Source: a virus (lineage: Duplodnaviria; Caudoviricetes). From it: a stretch of 44,889 nt of DNA. This document shows, one piece after another, positions 10,178 to 18,023 of the stretch (within the stretch, counting starts at the first letter, position 1; the number at the start of each line of letters is the position of its first letter). Location: positions 1 through 44,889 of the IMG/VR virus record IMGVR_UViG_3300037484_000042, one strand, 5' to 3'. The notes beneath the pieces were generated by a model, which made no database searches, was not told the DNA's origin, and worked only from the letters and a program-made list of their open reading frames with translations. The translations under genes and the position numbers were made by a program.

Positions 10178-10244
10178 TTGGTATCTCTTCGGTAACAAAA
10201 CTCTTGTCGACTATTTTACATTATCTATTAACCACCAAGGTGAT
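10178..10244 (+). repeat. 67-bp perfect direct repeat, copy 1
   Basis: TTGGTATCTCTTCGG...CCACCAAGGTGAT is identical to 11082-11148. Confidence 0.95.
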
Positions 10245-10272
10245 GTATAAATGCTTGAATGATAGGTGAGGT

Positions 10273-10551
10273 ATGATACCAATAGAAAAGATAAGGGATG
10301 GGCTGCGTGTTAAGCTTGATCCAACTGCATTCAGGAGTAATGCGTATAACGAGCGTGTCTTACGGATACACCCCAACCTATTCACAACTATCTACAAGGT
10401 AAAGAGGGGTCGTTGTAGGGAGATATTCTTAGAGGGATTAGGCTCCTTTGAGTTTGAGTACTACCTTCTCAACTATGCAGATTCAGTACAGCAATTCCTA
10501 TCCAGAGGATCAGCTAGTGGTAAGTGGAGGGTTGCTGAGAAAGGAAAGTAA
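10273..10551 (+). CDS. hypothetical protein
   Basis: GGTGAGG SD; lies within the repeat-flanked block. Confidence 0.55.
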   Translation: MIPIEKIRDGLRVKLDPTAFRSNAYNERVLRIHPNLFTTIYKVKRGRCREIFLEGLGSFEFEYYLLNYADSVQQFLSRGSASGKWRVAEKGK

Positions 10552-10660
10552 GTAGGGTATGTAGTTATTGTTGGTTGCACCAAGAGAACCTATAAAGGTA
10601 TTATACCATTCTTTTCTTTCCCCTGTCAAGGAAAAAATATACCATAAGGAGTATGTACAA

Positions 10661-10855
10661 ATGGAAACTGAGAGCAGAGACGTAGGGATAAAACAAATTG
10701 AAGAACGTATGGTTGAGTTAGGGAAACAAAGGGACGCAATCGACGAACTAGTTTCAACGCTGTATGGTAGGTACAAAAAGAAAGTAGGAGTAAAGAGAGA
10801 TGAGGAGGGATGCTGGATTACCTATACTGGAAAATATGAGAGATACTGTAATTAA
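10661..10855 (+). CDS. hypothetical coiled-coil protein
   Basis: AAGGAG SD before ATG 10661. Confidence 0.5.
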   Translation: METESRDVGIKQIEERMVELGKQRDAIDELVSTLYGRYKKKVGVKRDEEGCWITYTGKYERYCN

Positions 10856-10888
10856 AATTAATTAGAAGTAGGATTATAGGAGAAAAAA

Positions 10889-11155
10889 ATGAAAAAAGAA
10901 TACAAAGAAAATGAGCCTTGGGGTGCAAAAGCTGATGAAATCCTGGAAAAGAGGGTGTATATTAATAAGCGCTTAGAGGCCAATATCTGCCAGGATTGTG
11001 GAAATGGGTTGACTGATGCTGGTGGAGAGTGGGTTATAGAGATGGTGTGCTGGAATTGTGTTACAGAATGTGAAAGAGAGGTTGGTATCTCTTCGGTAAC
11101 AAAACTCTTGTCGACTATTTTACATTATCTATTAACCACCAAGGTGATTAAATGA
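10889..11155 (+). CDS. Zn-ribbon hypothetical protein (C-terminus read through the 67-bp repeat)
   Basis: AGGAG SD; CQDC...CWNC motif. Confidence 0.5.
   Translation: MKKEYKENEPWGAKADEILEKRVYINKRLEANICQDCGNGLTDAGGEWVIEMVCWNCVTECEREVGISSVTKLLSTILHYLLTTKVIK
11082..11148 (+). repeat. 67-bp perfect direct repeat, copy 2 (contains the RNR SD)
   Basis: Identical to 10178-10244. Confidence 0.95.
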
Positions 11156-13873
11156 TAACTGATTATCAAAAGTATATTCATAAAAGTAGGTATGCCCGAT
11201 GGAGGGAAGAAGATAAAAGGAGGGAGACTTGGGATGAGACTGTTGCAAGGTATCTTGATTTTTTCACTGCTCGCACTATGGATGTGCCTGAGTACACTAG
11301 CCGTGTGGAAAGCCTTCGAGATTCTATCACCAATCTGGAAGTAATGCCCAGCATGCGTTGCCTTATGAGTGCAGGTAAGGCACTTGACAGGGACCATGTG
11401 GCTGGGTATAACTGTGCATACATGCCTATCGACCATCCCCGTTCCTTTGATGAGACGATGTACATCTTACTGTGTGGTACGGGTGTAGGGTTTTCAGTTG
11501 AGCGTCAGTTCGTACAGAAGCTACCTGAAGTAGCGGAGGAGATGTTCGATACAGACACGACAATTAAGGTAGCTGATTCAAAGATTGGATGGGCATCTGC
11601 GTTACGGGAGTTGATCTCCTTACTCTATTCTGGCAAGTGTCCTCAGTGGGACATGAGTAAGGTACGTCCTGCTGGTAGTAGACTACATACCTTCGGTGGT
11701 AGGGCTAGTGGTCCTGAACCACTAAATAGGCTGTTTGCTAATGCAGTTAGGATCTTTAAGGGAGCTAAGGGGAGAAAGCTAACCTCCTTAGAATGCCATG
11801 ATCTTGTTTGCTATATCGCTGATACTGTTGTTGTTGGGGGGGTTAGGAGATCTGCATGCATCTCGCTATCAAATCTCTCTGATGATAGGATGCGTTCTGC
11901 TAAGTATGGTGAGTGGTATCACGACTCTCCGCAACGTGCTCTTGCTAATAATAGTGTGGCGTATACTGAGAAGCCTGACTTCAGATCATTTCTGAGGGAG
12001 TGGGAAACACTGTATAAGAGTAAGGCAGGAGAGAGGGGGGTTGTTAATCGTGAAGCCTTCAAGAAGAAGTGTGCTAAGATCGGTAGAGAAAAGGATTACG
12101 ATTTTGGTACTAATCCTTGCGGAGAAATTATACTTCGGCCTAATCAATTTTGTAATCTCACGGAACTTATTGTCAGACCCGAGGATACACTTGAAACTCT
12201 TAGGGTCAAAGTACGAACTACTACGATACTTGGAACACTACAAGCAACGCTTACTGACTTCAGATACTTGAGACCTATCTGGAAAAAGAATACAGAGGAA
12301 GAGGCATTACTTGGCGTGAGCTTGACAGGAATTATGGATCATCCTATAATGAGTGGCAGGTCTGGTGAAGAGACGCTGATTGAATGGGTAACTATCTTAC
12401 GACAAACTGCAAAGGAGACTAATGAAGAGTGGGCAAGAATCTTGGGGATCAATCCTGCTGCTGCCATTACTTGCGTTAGTGATTAGCGCCAATATAGAGT
12501 AATTTATATTTGCAAACCCTGTGAATTGCTGGAAACTCTTAGCACATTATGGTGAAGACAATCAGCAGCCAAGCATTAGTAACATAAGGCTTGACATATT
12601 AAACAAAATATGTCATACTATATGTATGCTGATGAAGGTTCAACGACTATCTCGAAAGAGAGTACCTTCAAGTGAGGGGAAGTTCAGGGCATCCACTTTG
12701 GATGATGATATAGTCTGGTCTATATGGAAACATATAGCAGTGAGGGTAGGTATGTTCTCTGTTTATTATATTGATTCTGATTTAACTGATGCAATCTATA
12801 TAGGTATGACAAAGAAGGATATTAATACTCGATTTAATTAGCACAAATCTGCTGCTCGTAAGGGTATAAAATCTCCTCTATATGATTGCATACGAAAGTA
12901 CGGAGAACAGGCGTTCTTTATAACTACGATAGAGATATGCGATACACGTGAGTCCTGCTGTAAAGCTGAAATATTTCATATCACACATGCTCGTAGTTGT
13001 AAACGGAGGCTATTAAACCTAGCCGCTGGTGGTGATGGTGGAGATGTGATTCCAAATCATCTGAAGGATGAGCGGAAAGCTAAGTTGTCTGCTTCAAGAA
13101 TCGGTGGAAAACCTTTTCTAGGGAAGCGACATACAGAAGAAACTAAGGCTTTATGTGGAAAATACGGTAAACTTAGATGGGATATGTATGGACGGTATCC
13201 CTCTGAAGTGACCAAGTATTCCTTTAAAGACGCACACCTTAAGTTTAATATTAGCAAAACACATTACTATCGCCTACTAAAACGGGATAAGAGTAACGAC
13301 CTTATCTGAACAATACGTAAGCCATCTGGTACGGTATCTCAGCTCGTTGATTGTAGTAGCGGTATCCATCCTAGGCTTTTTAGTACTTATGTGCGTACAG
13401 TTCGTACCGATAAGTATGACCCTATTGGCCTCATGCTTTCGGATCAAGGGGTCCCATACAGCCAAGACCAGTACAACTACTACTTCAGATTCCCCATCAA
13501 GAGTCCATCACATTCTGTAGTAGCAAAGGATATGTCCTCCTTACAACAGTTGAAACTGTGGAAGATTTATGCAGATCATTGGTGTGATCACAATCCATCC
13601 CAGACTATTTACTATACGGATGATTCCTTCCTTGAGGTAGGACAATGGGTATGGGAAAACTTTGATAGCATTGGCGGTCTCTCCTTCTTTCCACATATGG
13701 ATAATGTGTATGAGAATGCACCATACACAGAGATTAATGAGGAGAAATATGAAGAACTTCTATCTACCTTTCCTGCAGAGATTGACTGGTCTATACTCAC
13801 AGAGTACGAAAAGGAAGATACAACTACAGGAACTCAAGAGTATGCTTGCTCAGGAGGGAAGTGTGATATATGA
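11152..13873 (+). CDS. nrdJ: class II (B12-dependent) ribonucleotide reductase; join(11152..12476,13318..13873), 626 aa
   Basis: PSMR, YNC, GTGVGFS, GGVRRSA, TNPCGE, spliced ITCVKPSGTVSQL, C-terminal CSGGKC; no beta-subunit gene found. Confidence 0.93.
12591..12619 (+). promoter_or_regulatory. intron-internal sigma70 promoter, probably for the homing endonuclease
   Basis: TTGACA-N17-CATACT with extended -10 TG. Confidence 0.6.
12752..13309 (+). pseudogene. GIY-YIG homing endonuclease with one in-frame TAG (12839-12841)
   Basis: SVYYI...IYIGMT...RFN*H...E...LNLAAGG and NUMOD3-like GKRHTEETK; the frame is continuous on both sides of the stop. Confidence 0.88.
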
Positions 13874-14098
13874 TATATCTTAAACGATTAGTAGATTTTC
13901 TAGCAGTGCCGTTCATCCTTGTTGGGGGGATAGCTTGCCTTATCTACTCGGCTATGATTGCTGGATGGGTGGTTATTGGTAATTGGTATGAGACTGTGAG
14001 TAGGGATAATGAAGAGGGTTAGGAGGTATGTGGGTGTGCTACTACTGACACTCACTATCCTTCTTAATTACAATGTAGTTAATCAAGGAGAAGACGCT

Positions 14099-14572
14099 AT
14101 GATTGACAATGTGCAGCTCAAAGGATTGATCGTAAGAGTTCTTAAGGACATGGAGCCAGAGGTACCATACTCTGATACTGCTGTGAACCTACTGATGCTT
14201 ACAGCCGCTGTAGAGAGCAATCTTGGTACGTATCTGGAACAGGTTAGGGGACCAGCGCAAGGTATCTTTCAGATGGAACCAAACACTGAGTATGATATCT
14301 GGAAAAATTATCTAACCTATAAGCCACAGTTGAAGGATAAGATCAATGGGTATAGGGCTGAGGATACAAAACTAGGTAGTGAGGAGTTGAAGTGGAACTT
14401 TGTTTATGCTATTGCTATGGCACGTATCAAGTATCTCCGTTCATCTCATCCACTCCCACCTAATAACAAGGAGGCATTGGCAACCTACTGGAAGTTGGTA
14501 TACAATACCCCACTAGGCAAAGGTACTGTAGAGAAAGCAGTTAAGAAGTATACTGATATGGTAGAAGTATAA
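14099..14572 (+). CDS. putative endolysin (lysozyme-like fold)
   Basis: AVES...GPAQGIFQME...YWK..YNT..GKG; AAGGAG SD before ATG 14099; lies opposite the holin-like genes. Confidence 0.6.
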   Translation: MIDNVQLKGLIVRVLKDMEPEVPYSDTAVNLLMLTAAVESNLGTYLEQVRGPAQGIFQMEPNTEYDIWKNYLTYKPQLKDKINGYRAEDTKLGSEELKWNFVYAIAMARIKYLRSSHPLPPNNKEALATYWKLVYNTPLGKGTVEKAVKKYTDMVEV

Positions 14573-14574
14573 AC

Positions 14575-14618
14575 AAAAATAGGAGAGTCTCAAAGTTCTA
14601 GAGGCTCTCCTATTTCTT
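14575..14618. terminator. bidirectional intrinsic terminator between the convergent arms
   Basis: AAATAGGAGAGTCTC / GAGGCTCTCCTATTT stem with A- and T-tracts on the flanks. Confidence 0.85.
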
Positions 14619-14778
14619 ATTGTCTTAACATCCCTTCCCTTTCCCCTTCTTCTTCACCATACCTCACCTCATGTTCATTCATCCAGCCCTTCTCTTCACG
14701 TTTCCTCTTATAAAGAGTCTTTGGATTAATCCACCTAGTACTCTTACCAATAGGGATACGCCCTCCTTTGTACTTCAT
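14617..14778 (-). CDS. hypothetical protein
   Basis: AAGGAG SD before ATG; last ORF of the late arm. Confidence 0.4.
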   Translation of the reverse strand: MKYKGGRIPIGKSTRWINPKTLYKRKREEKGWMNEHEVRYGEEEGEREGMLRQ

Positions 14779-14785
14779 CTCACAA

Positions 14786-15190
14786 TTACTCCTTAAGTTT
14801 AGAACCAAACCATGAACTGATATTAACTTCAAAGAAGTATCGGATATCTGGTGGAATTGACACATACTCTGGTGCTACACCGAGAGCTACAAAGCATAGT
14901 AATCCTGTAGCCACTGTGATTGGACGTATAGATGCCCTGAGGTTAATAACCCAAAGGGATGGTGCTCCTACGACATCTCTATTGAAGAAGCGTACCTCAG
15001 CATCCTTAGCACCTGTTAGAGCATTGACATAATCTGCCAGTACTTCAGGCTTCGTAGTCGCTAGAGATCCAATGGTTCTCTCAACTGTATCATTCTCAGT
15101 CTTAATGAACTTCTTTTTAATAAAGTCAAAGACTGGGGGTACTATAAGTCCACCAAGTGAAGCCACTATATCAAGTACTGGAATCATCAT
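14786..15190 (-). CDS. putative 3TM holin
   Basis: LRASIRP followed by a hydrophobic segment; C-terminal WFGS. Confidence 0.65.
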   Translation of the reverse strand: MMIPVLDIVASLGGLIVPPVFDFIKKKFIKTENDTVERTIGSLATTKPEVLADYVNALTGAKDAEVRFFNRDVVGAPSLWVINLRASIRPITVATGLLCFVALGVAPEYVSIPPDIRYFFEVNISSWFGSKLKE

Positions 15191-15546
15191 TTAACTCCTA
15201 TAAGAAAATAGAGAAACATACGTAGGAATACGGTAATGGTTAGGCCAATTATAATCTTATCTCTGAATCGAATCTTATTCTGCAGATCTTTTATGTCGTC
15301 TTCAGCGGTTTCAATATCTTTTTTGAGTAAGTTTGCTTTCCCATTACAATCTCCCTTACAGGTGAGTAGTGCCTTATCAACCTCCTCTAACTTATGAAGT
15401 GTCTTTGATAGGGCAGCTAACTCCTGCTGCATTAGTGATTGATTCATAACCATCTGCTGATAGTTAACAACCAACCCATGTATAGCTTGATGCAGATCAT
15501 CTAGTTTATTTTCTATGCGCAAAGTATCCTCGGCTGTTACCATCAC
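15187..15546 (-). CDS. coiled-coil protein with a C-terminal TM helix (possibly lysis-associated)
   Basis: Heptad-rich body with a hydrophobic C-terminus. Confidence 0.5.
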   Translation of the reverse strand: MMVTAEDTLRIENKLDDLHQAIHGLVVNYQQMVMNQSLMQQELAALSKTLHKLEEVDKALLTCKGDCNGKANLLKKDIETAEDDIKDLQNKIRFRDKIIIGLTITVFLRMFLYFLIGVK

Positions 15547-18023
15547 TTAGCACCAAGAGTTCTAAAGAGATCATACATCCCACTAAAAGCACCTGGATCA
15601 GCATCAGCCATATCTCTCAGCTGTACCAGTACTTCTTCCTGCTTACTCTTCTTAACCAACCCATCCTTAAAGAAATTAATAAACTTTTTCTCTTCTGCCG
15701 ACATTACATCAAGCCCTACATCATCAATCAATCCATCCAGATTTTTAATAACCTTTTCTTTTAAGAGATCACGTGCTTCAGTTGAGAGCATGTCAGGTCG
15801 TATGGCTCCTTTAAAAGCAGGGGTATTGCTTGCCTCAAAGACAGCTTTCTTAAATACATCTGGCATCCTTTCTAGGATCTTCTGATCTACTTCCTTTGCC
15901 AGTGTCTTACCAACCACTTTAGTTGCCAATGAACGTAATGGCATAGCAGCTATAGCCCCAATACCAAAGATATCAGTTGGTTCAATTAGTGGGGATTCCA
16001 ATCCCTTTTCTCCTATAATTTGTCCGTCCTTATAATAGACCCCCTGCTTTTCTGTCACACCTAATGGAAGTGTAGCTGGTTCAGGTTGTTTAGAGATTGG
16101 CAATGCATCGCCCCTCCCTACACGTGAGTAATCCGCACCAACATCGGGGCTAACAACATCTAAGAAATTAGAGAACCATGTACTAGCCTTCTCTGGCATA
16201 GTCACTGGTTGTCTCATATCCTCAATGATGGTAGTTACATCCTGCTTCAAAGCCTTGCGTAGCTCTACTGTAGAAGTATCCTGCATGCCTCCAAGGTGTC
16301 TCAGGCTATCAGGAATGTTATTGAGTACCCCTGCCAACTTGTTTAACTTCGCAGCATTCTTCCCCTCAAAGGCAATCCTATCTCCAACCTCAACAACCCT
16401 TGTATCTGGGGTAATATACTCTTTGACATTCTCCGCAATGTATGGCTTAATCTTCTTCTCCAAGATCGTAGAGATATTCGTAAAGAGCTTATCCCCAAAC
16501 TCAGGATCTTTTGCCAGAAGGACAGGCATGTTGGGATTAGAAAGGAGTTTTAAGTACGCATCTACCTCCTTCATATTCAGCATGTTTGGATCACTAGGCA
16601 GATCTGAGTAAGCCTGAACAGAGTTGAGAACAGTCTTAGTAAACTTAGGATTACGCATGTCACCAGATAGAGCAGTATTCAGATCAACCAAGTTACCATG
16701 CAATACCCCTGCTTTCTTATCAGGGTCTAGCTGTGCTATCTCTTTATGGATTGGGGTACCTGCTGGTACAAGTAAAGCATTCTTACCAGCTACCTTCACA
16801 TCGTTTGTAATAGCCTTATATGCAGTATTCGCCATAGGCTGAGTTAGTTGTGCCCCATACAGATTATTAAACAAATCCCTAGGCATGGTAGCCATAGCAT
16901 CAGCCTGATAAGCTAACTCAGGGTGCCCTCTACGAAACTGTAGCTGATTAGCAGCAGTCTCTAGCTTCAACTGGTCCTCTAGCATCTTAGCCCTCGAAGG
17001 ATCATCAATCAAGCTATCCCATAAGTCCCATCTACTACCAACTACAGACGTAGTATTCTTATGATCTTCAGGAGGTACGGTTATATTAACAAAGAGAGAA
17101 TCGATAGTGGATAGAGCAGAGGTCTTACCAGCATGTAGCTCCTGTTTCATAGCAATACGCTGTTCAGGTGTCATATCTCCTGATACTTGGGCCAGATACC
17201 GTGCCGCATTAACCTCATTAGTCTCAGCTGGATCAGCCTGAAAGACTACGTTAGGTGCATACTTCTTACCCAAGCCATTGACAAAGTTAACAGAGCCACC
17301 AAGATGCGTAGGAATTACAGAACGTGCTAGGTCTTGTGATAATCCAAAACCTACACGTACTTTTTCCTGGGCAGACATCTTGTTAAGACGCTCTAAGCTC
17401 ATATAGTTTGCATTATCTGCATTTCTAATCTGATACTTATGCAACTCATAGGCTTTCTGTTCCTCAGAACCTATAGTTAGAAGCATCCTATTACCACCAA
17501 GATCTACAGCATCATCAATGACCTTATTCCAGGCTATAGCTGCACTCTTAGCTTGCTCTGCAGCAGCAGCATCCATCTGCTTTCTCATGGAGAACTGCTC
17601 AGCTGTCCTATCCTCACCAGTACTCTTATATACCTGTTGAAAGTCTGCAGCTAATCCAGGCATATTCTTCGTATGCTCTTTGAGAATTAACTCTCGCTTA
17701 ATCTTATACTCAGATGGAGATAGAGAGCCTGAAAAGATACCAGCATCCAGGTTCTTCATCTTATCACTGAACTTAGATAAAGCTACGTTAGTTTCCCCAC
17801 CCTCAAACAAGACCTCATTTGCATTCTGTGTCTGCTTCTCTAAGGATGTTAGGTCATATGCCAAATCTGCTTCCTTCTCGCCCTTAAATGCTTCGATGCC
17901 CAATGAACCAATCCCACTTACAAGCATCTGTGTACTTGCGTCCTGCCGAGGTGCCTCTAGTACTGCACCACCATACGCAGAGAGTTTAGGGTCTGTAATA
18001 TTTGCCGTGTAAAGATCCGCCAT
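15543..18023 (-). CDS. internal virion (ejection) protein
   Basis: 826 aa helical protein; position in the podovirus late operon. Confidence 0.6.
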   Translation of the reverse strand: MADLYTANITDPKLSAYGGAVLEAPRQDASTQMLVSGIGSLGIEAFKGEKEADLAYDLTSLEKQTQNANEVLFEGGETNVALSKFSDKMKNLDAGIFSGSLSPSEYKIKRELILKEHTKNMPGLAADFQQVYKSTGEDRTAEQFSMRKQMDAAAAEQAKSAAIAWNKVIDDAVDLGGNRMLLTIGSEEQKAYELHKYQIRNADNANYMSLERLNKMSAQEKVRVGFGLSQDLARSVIPTHLGGSVNFVNGLGKKYAPNVVFQADPAETNEVNAARYLAQVSGDMTPEQRIAMKQELHAGKTSALSTIDSLFVNITVPPEDHKNTTSVVGSRWDLWDSLIDDPSRAKMLEDQLKLETAANQLQFRRGHPELAYQADAMATMPRDLFNNLYGAQLTQPMANTAYKAITNDVKVAGKNALLVPAGTPIHKEIAQLDPDKKAGVLHGNLVDLNTALSGDMRNPKFTKTVLNSVQAYSDLPSDPNMLNMKEVDAYLKLLSNPNMPVLLAKDPEFGDKLFTNISTILEKKIKPYIAENVKEYITPDTRVVEVGDRIAFEGKNAAKLNKLAGVLNNIPDSLRHLGGMQDTSTVELRKALKQDVTTIIEDMRQPVTMPEKASTWFSNFLDVVSPDVGADYSRVGRGDALPISKQPEPATLPLGVTEKQGVYYKDGQIIGEKGLESPLIEPTDIFGIGAIAAMPLRSLATKVVGKTLAKEVDQKILERMPDVFKKAVFEASNTPAFKGAIRPDMLSTEARDLLKEKVIKNLDGLIDDVGLDVMSAEEKKFINFFKDGLVKKSKQEEVLVQLRDMADADPGAFSGMYDLFRTLGAK

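Larger units (their letters stand above)
12477..13317 (+). mobile_element. group I intron (841 nt) in nrdJ with a homing endonuclease ORF in the P9 region
   Basis: Exon ends in U12476 (P1 GCGU/GCGC); terminal G13317; core elements GTGAATTGCTGGAAA, AATCAGCAGCCAAG, TCAACGACTA, GATATAGTC. Splicing restores C-V-K-P-S-G. Confidence 0.93.

Noticed and set aside
12521-12751. N-terminal part of ORF 12521..12841, and ORF 4240..4476(-)
   Set aside because: They run through intron catalytic core sequence and are not protein coding.
12839-12841. Genome-wide stop-codon reassignment (TAG to Gln or TGA to Trp)
   Set aside because: All large genes are intact in code 11, and both TAG and TGA end genes at expected positions (primase, GATase, pol, nrdJ); no suppressor tRNA was seen.
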